Assembly (NCBI GenBank): GCA_963837175.1
Contig: CAWIMJ010000057.1
Location: forward strand, 1-64,000
Origin: an uncultured Nitrososphaeraceae archaeon
Lineage (GTDB): Archaea > Thermoproteota > Nitrososphaeria > Nitrososphaerales > Nitrososphaeraceae
Length of the DNA: 64,000 bases
Direction: 5' to 3'
The notes under the pieces were generated by a model. The model did not search any database and was not told where the DNA came from. It saw only the letters and a program-made list of their open reading frames with translations. Positions 1-9,396 of this stretch are shown one piece after another. A program made the position numbers and the translations under genes. The stretch's first letter is position 1; every line of letters begins with the position of its first letter.

Positions 1-86
1 GGGCCCGTCGGGATTCGAACCCGAGACAGCCGGATTTCTTTCCTAAGGTAAAAGTCCGGTACTCTACCTGGCTGAGCTACGGGCCC
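1..86 (-). tRNA. tRNA-Lys(UUU) with 13-nt intron at 37/38 (intron 36..48); discriminator base lies just outside the window
   Basis: Reverse complement folds as GGGCCCG acceptor stem, D arm, CCGGA-CU-UUU-A[CCUUAGGAAAGAA]A-UCCGG anticodon arm and UUCGAAU T loop. CUUU pairs with intron AAAG, giving a BHB motif. Confidence 0.95.
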
Positions 87-279
87 ATATCACAAATACG
101 CTCGTAGAGGGTATAATTTAATGTTATACATCCCATTTAACATAAAATACAACCAGAGCCGTTATTGTCGTAGAAAGACAATGTCTTAGTTTAACTATAT
201 CTTACAAGAATTCCTTGCTAAAAAGACATAATATAAAACAAAACATTTTAATTGGTTTCTCAAATCTCGATTAGTGCGC

Positions 280-389
280 GCCCGGGTAGTATAGAGATGC
301 TTATTTAACCCATTGTCAGCATCGTAAATTCCGGTCCAGTATGGGGGACTGTCACTCCTTCGACCCGGGTTCGAATCCCGGCCCGGGCG
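280..389 (+). tRNA. tRNA-Asp(GUC) with 35-nt non-canonical D-loop intron at 15/16 (295..329)
   Basis: GCCCGGG/CCCGGGC acceptor stem, GGGGA-CU-GUC-AC-UCCUU anticodon arm and UUCGAAU T loop. The insert has a GAUGCU/AGCAUC helix flanked by 3-nt bulges (relaxed BHB). Confidence 0.92.
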
Positions 390-403
390 CTCAATTGTCT
401 GCA

Positions 404-1237
404 CTATCTAATTATCTTTAAATCCTCTGCAAGCATTTTATACATCTGGTCATCTATAACAGCCATAAAAGACATCGTTCTATCCACTCCTAACTCTGAT
501 TCTAATTCTGAGCCATTGTCAGAATATATCTTAGCACCTGCTTCCTTTAAAATCAGATATGCTGCAGCCATATCAGTAGCACGGATTTTTCCTCTAAAAT
601 CGATATAAGCATCCATTAGACCACGGGCAAAATAACATAGCTCAAGAGCATTTGCTCCAAAATGCCTTATATGGATAGACCTTGAGATAAGCTTAGAAAG
701 ACGATTAAAGGTATCTTCTGAAATTCCAGAAATATTCATACCTATCATCATATCTTGTAGGAAATTTTGTTCACTAGAACCGTTATTTCTAATTTTATTC
801 TGACCTGCACAAATCCTATCTTCATTCCAAAAAGCTCCTTTTTCTCTTGAAGCATAATATATGTCGCCTATAGACAAGTCAATAACTGCTGCATCTACAA
901 CAGAGCTAAGTCTAAAATCAGTTGAATAAGCCAAAGAGCAGCAGTAGAATGGTATTCCTCGACTTGCATTCATTGTTCCATCCATTGCATCCATAATTAG
1001 AAAGCCATCCTTTCCTTGTATTATACCACACTCTTCACCAATTATTGTAGGATTAAAATTATGTCTCTTAAGCGTATTAATTACAGCTTTTTCTGCATCA
1101 AGATCAATCCTTCTGGAAATATCTCCACCTGCCCCTCGGTTAAATTTTTTATTACCGTCAACTGTTCCAATAATATTTCTAGTGTCTTGATAAACCTCGT
1201 TGCATGCTTCTTTTAAAATATCTATTATTATTACCAT
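404..1237 (-). CDS. Inositol monophosphatase / FBPase (FIG superfamily)
   Basis: Motifs GEE, DAMDGT (DPxDGT variant), GANALELCY and D-x-AA. Confidence 0.9.
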   Translation of the reverse strand: MVIIIDILKEACNEVYQDTRNIIGTVDGNKKFNRGAGGDISRRIDLDAEKAVINTLKRHNFNPTIIGEECGIIQGKDGFLIMDAMDGTMNASRGIPFYCCSLAYSTDFRLSSVVDAAVIDLSIGDIYYASREKGAFWNEDRICAGQNKIRNNGSSEQNFLQDMMIGMNISGISEDTFNRLSKLISRSIHIRHFGANALELCYFARGLMDAYIDFRGKIRATDMAAAYLILKEAGAKIYSDNGSELESELGVDRTMSFMAVIDDQMYKMLAEDLKIIR

Positions 1238-1537
1238 GAGTTTATTTCTTCTATTATCACCATTAATATTTGGTTTGTATTGAAATAATGCTACATATTA
1301 ACACTGAAATGTACTTATGCTGAAATTTGCTTGTCTATCTTTCTTCTTCTATCCTTTATAAGTCGATAGAGACGCAGCTTCATTGCAAGATAAATGCTAT
1401 AAATTTGAAATTTAGATTGCATACTCCATTAATAGACAATATACCTTTTAAGCGTGATGGAATGTGTATTCAATATCTTTTCAACCTAAATGATTATCAT
1501 TGATTTAATCATCCTAACTCGATAGAAGGTCTCTTGT

Positions 1538-2158
1538 CTATTTATTCACTATTACCATTGTAGTTAACATCAATGAATTAGAAGCCAGCACAATATCGCC
1601 GTTATCCATCTGTAGTTTGCTATATAGTAAACCTATATCATAAACCACGCCAGTATTTCCAAATACAGTAATTCTGTCGCCTATCTTGAAGGGTCTAGTT
1701 ATAGCTAAGTATAATGCTGCTATCGCATTTCCTATTATATTCTGCGCTGCAAAACCTACTACTAATCCTGAGATAGTGCCAATCGACGCGGCTACAAGAG
1801 GATCCTGACTAAGGTAAGAAATTATGATTGCAATGATAATAATGGCGCCGGCAATCTTAATGAAACTCGTTATCGACTTAGCGGTATCTTTAAGATAGTC
1901 TCCTGCTAACTTATGAAAGGTATTGCCGGTTATTTCTATAACAAAGTATCCAATGATAGAGACCTGTGCGACTTGTAAGAAAATTAAATACTGTTTTGGA
2001 AGCATAGGCTTCAAGAATGCTGTACTTAAAGTTAATCCAACCGCAAGTATTATTCCCAGAATAATAATTCTTTTTACGGCTAAGCGTTTGGTGAGTGTTC
2101 TCTTAGTGCTATTGTTTAGTGTCATGTTAGCATCCTTATCTGGTTCTTCAGTATACAT
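1538..2158 (-). CDS. Small-conductance mechanosensitive channel (MscS family), short form
   Basis: Several TM helices followed by GFAAQNIIGN..RPFKIGDRI. Confidence 0.88.
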   Translation of the reverse strand: MYTEEPDKDANMTLNNSTKRTLTKRLAVKRIIILGIILAVGLTLSTAFLKPMLPKQYLIFLQVAQVSIIGYFVIEITGNTFHKLAGDYLKDTAKSITSFIKIAGAIIIIAIIISYLSQDPLVAASIGTISGLVVGFAAQNIIGNAIAALYLAITRPFKIGDRITVFGNTGVVYDIGLLYSKLQMDNGDIVLASNSLMLTTMVIVNK

Positions 2159-2482
2159 AGTAAACTGATTAAATGATTAAATTTCATACTAAAAATCTAT
2201 TGTAGTTCTGTATCTGAACAATGTTATAATGTCTAATAGAACTATTGAAAGTAGTTACAATTCATGCTTTAAAGTAAGTCCTTAGCCGTCAACTGTTCTT
2301 TAAACAGGGAGTGCTATTATTTAGCTTTCATTCTATCCAAAATTATAGTATTCTGTCGGACAGATAAGCAAATAGAATATATCAAATCCGTATAAGAATA
2401 TTAATTGAATGTCAGAAGCCCCCCTTTATATGAAGAATAAGCAAATTCAATCTTTATCTATATTGTTCTGTAACTAAAAGAA

Positions 2483-3209
2483 ATGATCTTTATATTATGG
2501 ATGCACATTAACCTTTCTTTAGACATTGATTTGCTATTGTACAGAAAAATATTACTTGCTGTGATAGGCACATTCTTTCTCCTTATTATTTTGGGACCAT
2601 ACAGCATCTTTCAGATAGGCGTTGTGGATGCCAAAAAAAAAGATAAAGATTTCTCCGGCGATAACGATTTTCAAGAAGCAAACTCCATACAGATCTGTTG
2701 TTCCTGGGGTGAAAAACTTGCAGATGGTTCTTTGACTTACAAGATAAGTGGAGGTAACTCAGGTATCCAGCAGGCAGTTCGGTACTGCTATCGAAGATTG
2801 GGATTCCAAAATAACTAACTTTCAACTTGATGAAGTAAGCAAGAACAATAAAGGCGCTGACGTCGAAGTGACTTTCAAGAAAGGTGGCAAAGAAATAGCC
2901 GGACAGACAGTAAATAATTTTGATAGATTTGGTTTTATCGATAACGTTCAAACGACTGTATCAAAAAGTGCTTTCGGAACAAATTTTGATACAAAAATTA
3001 TTGAACAAATAGCTAAGCATGAAATGGGTCATGCCTTGGGTCTTGGTCATGCAAACTTTGCTGGTAACCTTATGACTGCGCAGATAAATGATGGTGCAGG
3101 AACAATCTCTGATTGTGAAATTAAAGCTGTTAACGAGGCTAATCAATGGAAGCTTGAAGATAATTCTGATAACCCTTATGCTCCCAGTAAATCGGGCGTG
3201 CAATGTTGA
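2483..3209 (+). pseudogene. Secreted matrixin-like (metzincin) zinc metalloprotease split by a +1 frameshift at about 2781
   Basis: ORF 2483..2818 has a signal-like hydrophobic N-terminus. ORF 2748..3209 has HEMGHALGLGH and a Met-turn (NLM). Removing one G from GTT CGG T ACT fuses them (…QQAVRTAIEDWD…). Confidence 0.8.
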
Positions 3210-4076
3210 ATTCATGACTTTGTAGAATTTTCTTTATTAATGGCTAATAGTCTCTTCTAGCAACATCATCTATATATAGATAAAAATTTAATAGAAATGC
3301 TCACAATAACGAGATAATTTATCCTGACAACGACCGTCTGATCAAGAACTTCATTAAATTTCGTAGATGTGTATATAAACTAGTTTAATTGCTAAGGCAG
3401 CTAAAATTTTTTCAACTCTCGATATCAACTACCTTTGAAAAATTAAATATATATAAAAGACTAAAATATGTCTATCAAAACGTTTTTGGAAAGAATCTAT
3501 ATCATAATGATCATACTGCAACAATATTTTTGACTACGTATAATTACCAAATAACATTATCTGGATTCACCTATTATACTTACAATAGCATTGGCAACGA
3601 CACTTTATTATCAGTAATGAATATAATAATGAAAAGAAACTAAATCTATTTAAAGTGCTGACAGATTTTCTAACATTATCAAGGACCTGTGATTATACAG
3701 AAAATATTAAAGGAAAATTAAAGAACTTTCAAAGGAATTCGTTCTAATGTCTATGCCAATGAATAGTCCTATACAGGAATAGTAATTCAGATTATTAATT
3801 GCAATGTTAGGTACAAGGCAATTTCCTATATACTATCGACAGCAATTTATTGTATAAAATCTTAGAACAAGCTACTTGCTTCTCATAAGATATAGATTCA
3901 GGATCACCGGTTTTTTATCTATCAGGATGGATTAAATACAGCCAGATGACATGGATTTGAAATTGAATGCTGCTCCTAATGTTGCAGCTGAAACATCCGG
4001 AAGCTGGTAAACGAATTCATAGAAAAATATCCCGATATTGTGATTCCCCCTTTATGATTATATTTGTGATATTATC

Positions 4077-4340
4077 TCAATCTTTTGCAGAAATTAATTC
4101 ATCAACTTGGTTGTATAGTTGCAAGAAACGCAAACCCTTTTCTGTTATTCTAAAGATTCGCTCCTCTTTATTACGTTCTATTAAGTCATTTACTAATAAT
4201 TTATTTAAATATTCATTCAGCCGAGCATAAGAGAGAAATGCCTTATGCATGATCTTGATCTTTGCTGCTCTACCATTTGCAGCCTCTAGCAACAAGACAG
4301 CGATATCAGTCCTGCTTCTATATTTCATATTATTATTCAT
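4077..4340 (-). CDS. Winged helix-turn-helix regulator (archaeal HTH_45/ArnR-like)
   Basis: MKYRSRTDI…IMHKAFLSY..L..YL..L…FRITEKG pattern. Confidence 0.88.
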   Translation of the reverse strand: MNNNMKYRSRTDIAVLLLEAANGRAAKIKIMHKAFLSYARLNEYLNKLLVNDLIERNKEERIFRITEKGLRFLQLYNQVDELISAKD

Positions 4341-4561
4341 CCTATAAATTTAGAAAAAGCTCTCGAGAAAAATTCTGGAATCTCATATAAATTAATTCAT
4401 AAGAAAAAGCTAAAAAATATTTTCTTAGAATATGAGACTTACTTTCAACGATTATCTCTAATGTATGCCTGGCTAAATATCGACTTAACCTGAAAAGATC
4501 ATTTTCCATTGATATCCCACACAATATTAACAAAACGAATATCAAAAATAGTGATATTCTG

Positions 4562-5143
4562 CTAAAGGGAAAACAACATTCGGCTATTTCCAGCAGGCAG
4601 CAACTGCTTTTTCAATATGATTAAAAATGGCATAAGAAAAACTATGGAGATTAAAAATGAAAATATTAAACTTGTATGTGTAATTATTTTGGTCCCTATA
4701 AATATAGCAGTAATTATATGCGGCAAAATTATATGCAAGTTAATATATAAACCCAGTGAGAGAAATACCAAAAACCCCATAATCAATAAAGAAGTTGAAT
4801 AGTCCCTTACAAGTTCACTTAGTGGCCGTGGTTGTCTAACTGTTTCCTCAGTTTGAATTCCGAGAGACGTTGATGTTTCTTCTTCTTTGTCCTGTACTGA
4901 AGCAACTGGCGATCTGTTGTCGATCTCGCGTAATAGTTCCAATCCTTCTTCAGTAATTTTGTAATGCTTAGAGTCCTTGGTAACATAATTGCCCATGCGT
5001 TCCAAATGATAATAGATAGAACCAGTTGAAAGTCCTGTCGCATTTTTGATCTCAGAGAAGCCTGCTGAACCGTTTCTCTCTGCAATTGCTCTCAATATTT
5101 TGATCCTCGTTAGCCTGGCTCGCAGCTGAGTCTCTCCAGTCAA
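4562..5143 (-). CDS. wHTH protein with C-terminal transmembrane helices
   Basis: N-terminal ArsR-like wHTH (FSEIKNATGLSTGSIYYHL…YKITEEG), a linker, then 2-3 hydrophobic segments. Confidence 0.75.
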   Translation of the reverse strand: MTGETQLRARLTRIKILRAIAERNGSAGFSEIKNATGLSTGSIYYHLERMGNYVTKDSKHYKITEEGLELLREIDNRSPVASVQDKEEETSTSLGIQTEETVRQPRPLSELVRDYSTSLLIMGFLVFLSLGLYINLHIILPHIITAIFIGTKIITHTSLIFSFLISIVFLMPFLIILKKQLLPAGNSRMLFSL

Positions 5144-5269
5144 TGGCGTTTATATATCGCAAAATTATTTATTTCTTTCTAGGGCTTATGAATGAGATCG
5201 GCTTACTTGATTTAGATCCAGCAAAGCTTATACAGACTTTATACTATTACCTCTAATACGTTGCCCGGT

Positions 5270-5408
5270 GGGGTCGTAGCGAAGCCAGGCATCGCAACGG
5301 GCTCCAGATCTAAATATTAGTGCTAGCAATTAGAAAAAGACACCCGTGGATCAAGGGTTCAAATGATTTGGGTCAAAATCCTCATCAGAATAGCTCCCTT
5401 CGGCCCCA
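5270..5408 (+). tRNA. tRNA-Trp(CCA) with two introns: 37/38 (5308..5341) and T-loop 58/59 (5363..5393)
   Basis: GGGGUCG/CGGCCCC acceptor stem and ACGGG-CU-CCA-G..A-CCCGU anticodon arm. The second insert forms a strict BHB: GUUC/GAAU central helix, UGAU/AUCA intron helix and 3-nt bulges. Confidence 0.92.
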
Positions 5409-5630
5409 CTATTGATACTATAAGTATTCAATGCGGCTTCTCGTAGCACTGCAAATGCATTGATTAATGTATATATAAAAAGCCCGATATACCTAACTTT
5501 TGACATATCACTTATCGATGATATGCGAAGCTTAATTTACGTAGCTGGCGGGCTACTCTAATGTTATATCGACGTCTTCATAGTCAGAATCAATTGTTTT
5601 TATAATAGCATCTATATACAGAATTGAACT

Positions 5631-5936
5631 TTAATTATTCAAAATACACTTCGATATTTCATTATAGGAACCAAAACTTTTTCTCGCTTCTGGAATAATC
5701 CTTGCTATAATTTGACAAGCAGAATCAATGAATAATTTTGCAGGATCCTGTCTTTTAGGTAATTTAAAAAGTTTTTTTATTGGAGAGTTCAATTTTCCAA
5801 AATAAAGGATAGAGATTTCTTCAATTATCATATCTGCATCTGAGCAAGCAACTCCGTATTTTAGTAAATGAGTCTCTAATTTACAGGCTAACTGCGCAAA
5901 AAGCACAGAGTAAGGGTCATTATCAAATTTCGTCAT
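5631..5936 (-). CDS. Hypothetical protein
   Basis: 101-aa ATG ORF with protein-like composition and no recognised motif. Confidence 0.6.
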   Translation of the reverse strand: MTKFDNDPYSVLFAQLACKLETHLLKYGVACSDADMIIEEISILYFGKLNSPIKKLFKLPKRQDPAKLFIDSACQIIARIIPEARKSFGSYNEISKCILNN

Positions 5937-6161
5937 ATACTGATCCCCATTTATATATATTAATTATATTCGTAGGACATGCTTTTTAATTTTGCATATT
6001 TTAGAAGTTTAGATAATTCTCTCAAACTGCGTTGTCGATTCGAAGATAAGATAAATTATGAAGATGTATTTTGTAAATATATACTCATTTTCTAGGTATA
6101 AGCACAAATAGTTATATAAATTATAATTCATCCACGATTATTATATTTTCAAAATTTTAAT

Positions 6162-6991
6162 ACCCTTTGTTAACTTAAGGAAAAGTCTATAGCTAAATAC
6201 ATTGCATTCTTTCTTTCTCTTGATATCTAAAACAAGAAATAGGACATCATTTGAAGATATCGCTTATGGACTGTACTTGTGCTTGTACCTTCTAGGTCTT
6301 CTTTCATTCATTTCGAAATTCATCAAGCATTATCTTCAAGAATTATAAAAAGGAGTCATGTTGCAATATGGAACTAGGTCCAAAGGAACAGACTGATCCA
6401 AAAGAATTAGCTATAAAAGAAGAAAAGTTTCTGAATTTACAATTTAGATGAAACACAAAAATAAGAGTTGGAAATAAGAAGTATTTTTGGATTTGGATAT
6501 ATGTTATTGAACCAACAGCAGAAAGAAAGATAGATTGATTCTTGATGTTTATCTTTCAGCAGCAGCAGAAAGAAACATGTTTATTGTTATTGTAGAAGAG
6601 AAATTTCTAAACTCATTGATAAAAGATAAGATTATGGAAAACAAACATACACACACACTTTCAACAGATATGGTGGTAGTGGTACCTGGTATCTATTATA
6701 CATCATATATGTAGACTACTACTACTTCTCAAAGTAAATCACTACCACCACCACTACTACTACTACCACCTCCTTCACTCTACTACTACTATACTACTAC
6801 TCAAACTATAAGAGAAAAGCATTATCTAAAGAAGAACAATTCAATAGATTAAAAGGGATAGAACTGAATACTATGATGATTATTTTCCATGTAGAACTGA
6901 GAAGTGTAGACTAATCCATTTGAGAAATTGGTTCAATCTTTTTGTAGACTATCATAACAGAGAGGTGATTATTGCTTAATTTAACAGGGTC
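6162..6991 (+). mobile_element. Degenerate IS6-family element (transposase pseudogene with terminal inverted repeats)
   Basis: Frame-hopping translation gives RNRTSFEDIAYGLYL, SSRIIKRSHVAIW, DETQ, YFWIW, ERNMFI. Ends are CCCTTTGTTAACTTAAGG (left) and reverse-complement GACCCTGTTAAATTAAGC (right). Confidence 0.8.
6713..6801. repeat. Imperfect (TAC/CAC)n microsatellite tract inside the dead IS
   Basis: ctactactact…ctaccaccaccactactactactaccacc…ctactactactatactactac. Confidence 0.8.
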
Positions 6992-7154
6992 TCACAAATA
7001 CATTAATTTTATCTTATCATTGATATCTTGGCATTGGCCATTCATTCAGAATAGAGTAGAAGGAAAGATTGTACACAAATTCTCCTACCTTAATTATTAA
7101 GGTGAAATCATCATGTTCAATATTAAAACCGGTACAATAATGGACATAATCTAA

Positions 7155-7421
7155 TTATATTTTTCTATACTGATACCAAGTGCCAAAGCGAATAATGGCT
7201 ACCCCTGATGCAATGATGATTAGAGCCGTAATTAAAAAGATAGGATTAATCAAAGATTTTAACGGCATAGGTGCTGTTGAAATAAATTCGCATCTTTCAT
7301 CTAACTTTTGACATTCTTTAAGAATAGGAAAAGCTAGCAAGATAACAATGAAGATAACCAATAGCGCTGTTCCTATACAGGACAATATGGCCCCTGAGCG
7401 AATTATTATCTGTAGACTCAA
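7155..7421 (-). CDS. Small two-TM membrane protein
   Basis: Two hydrophobic helices flanking a loop with two Cys. Confidence 0.6.
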   Translation of the reverse strand: MSLQIIIRSGAILSCIGTALLVIFIVILLAFPILKECQKLDERCEFISTAPMPLKSLINPIFLITALIIIASGVAIIRFGTWYQYRKI

Positions 7422-7465
7422 TCAATTAAGAAAACCTATCCATGTTGATATTAGTGTTCTTATAA

Positions 7466-8065
7466 TTATGCTGAAAGTTTGTTTACGTCTAAAGTTACAA
7501 ATCGGTAAGAAGTATGCTTTGATACCTTAGCAAAGCGTTCATTATAGTATATGAATGGAACGGCATTGTAAACATGTTGATCCCACAAATCATGAATTGC
7601 ATCGAAATATTCCCTTCTTTTTTTTCCTTTCATTCTAATCACCTCATGAGATAATAGGTGGGAGATCTTTGCGCAATTATTGTCTGCAAAAAACTTAACA
7701 CGCTCACTATCAGAAACAGATCCCTTCGGCCTTTTCCACTGGACCATACAAAAGTTTTCGGTTGAATATCCTTCGGTCTGGCAGTCTGTCCATAATGGTT
7801 TAAAGTCTGCAAAGTAAAAATGATAGACTGTTTTCCCTCTTTCATTATGATCTCTGGTCAGATAACCCACTGACATCCGATCAAAAAATCTGCCGGGGAT
7901 AACAGGTAAGATATCAGTCTCAACACTAAAGTCAATATTAAAATAATGCTTAATCCACCAATGATAAAATCTCGTCATCGAAGTAACGTAATCCCAATCT
8001 TCTTTTTGTCGTTGTTGCCATTCGTCGTTCTTAGCCACATAAATGAAAAATAATTTCTTAGGCAA
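7466..8065 (-). CDS. Conserved hypothetical protein, possibly zincin-like fold
   Basis: Well-formed 199-aa ORF; SHLLSHEVIR resembles a degenerate HExxH helix. Confidence 0.7.
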   Translation of the reverse strand: MPKKLFFIYVAKNDEWQQRQKEDWDYVTSMTRFYHWWIKHYFNIDFSVETDILPVIPGRFFDRMSVGYLTRDHNERGKTVYHFYFADFKPLWTDCQTEGYSTENFCMVQWKRPKGSVSDSERVKFFADNNCAKISHLLSHEVIRMKGKKRREYFDAIHDLWDQHVYNAVPFIYYNERFAKVSKHTSYRFVTLDVNKLSA

Positions 8066-8391
8066 CTCTATATTTAATTTTAGTTACGATTATAAAAACT
8101 ATCTAACAGCAGCCTTATTGTTATTTTCAGATAAATTATTTAAGAATTGTTTCATTAAAAGTAAAAAGAAATAATAAACATCTCCACTTGACTTGCATAC
8201 AAATTCCCCAATTTTATCATTAAAGCAGATAGTACTGAAACTTACTCATGTAATTATTGTTGTCCCTATAAATTTACCGGTTATATTATGGATGAAACTT
8301 ACATGGCAAAATCTCTGGATAACCTTGCTATGATAATATTCATCGATAAGTTCTTAATTTACCATATATAAGATTCCGGTGGTGATACAAA

Positions 8392-8793
8392 GTGTCATTC
8401 AAAAAGATAGGGTCTGTAATCCTTATTGTATCCGAGATGGAAAAATCTCTGGTTTTTTATAAAGACATTCTAGGCCTTCCCATTAAAAGCCAATCTGAAG
8501 CTTGGACAGAATTCTTCGTTAATGGTACCGTTTTAGCACTGCATCCAGCAGAGAATAAAACTAAATTAAAAACTGGAATAAGTATATTGATAGGATTTAT
8601 GGTCAGTGATCTTGAAACTAATGTTAAAAAATTAAAAGAAAATAAAGTAAAATTTTTTAAAGAAGCTAAAGAGGAGCCTTTTGGAAAGCATGCTATTATT
8701 GAAGATCCGGATGGTCATTTGATATCGATTGCGGAAATAAATACAGAACCCACAGAAGGATTTGATCTGATAGGATTAATCGGGGTAGAATAA
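8392..8793 (+). CDS. VOC/glyoxalase family protein
   Basis: V.DMEKS..FY..ILGL pattern and EPFGK…DPDGH. Confidence 0.9.
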   Translation: MSFKKIGSVILIVSEMEKSLVFYKDILGLPIKSQSEAWTEFFVNGTVLALHPAENKTKLKTGISILIGFMVSDLETNVKKLKENKVKFFKEAKEEPFGKHAIIEDPDGHLISIAEINTEPTEGFDLIGLIGVE

Positions 8794-9396
8794 CTGTCTA
8801 TTATTTTAACAATTTTATTCCTTCTCATTTGTAAATATGATTATTATTTTTTGGGCTATTTATTCAAAGTTAAAATATTTATAATATTTACTCAAAATTC
8901 TTAGTAATTCAGTACTCCAATTGCAATGAATTCTGCCCAGCTAAGATGTTCAAATTGCGCTATTGAAAATATTGGTTAATCTTATTTTATGATATCATGT
9001 TGCTGCGTTTTGCAAATGATCGTTTTTTATGTCATGACTATCTTCAAATATTTCTGATCTAGGAAATCCCTCTTCAATATCATTGTTGTTAATGTAAGGT
9101 TGGATATCCCATATCTTATTCTAATGTGATGTTTATTCTTGATAGCATCTTAGATCTTTCAACACCATTCATTTGCATAATAAAGAAGATGGATCTTTTG
9201 CTTGATAAGTATAATGTCCACTTAAAAGATCTTGCTTATATAAAGAGTTATAACTTTGGGGCAACAATTTTCTAACTTGATTCATAGATCTCAACTCACA
9301 ATTTGATCTGACTTGCGGTCTTTAGATCTATGTCGATGCATATAAGCGCCTTATTTACATATATACGCTAATCGACAATATCTGATCGGAGTAAAG

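Noticed and set aside
195-404. 69-aa minus-strand ORF
   Set aside because: Antisense to tRNA-Asp; a shadow ORF.
3389-3643. Intergenic ORFs such as 3389..3643, 11154..11384, 15790..15975, 35055..35285, 41833..42087, 52940..53146 and 55842..56054
   Set aside because: Composition is typical of random AT-rich DNA and no motifs are present; some may be decayed genes, but this cannot be supported.
5308-5393. Box C/D guide RNA inside the tRNA-Trp introns, as in Euryarchaeota
   Set aside because: The introns are short and lack RUGAUGA and CUGA boxes.
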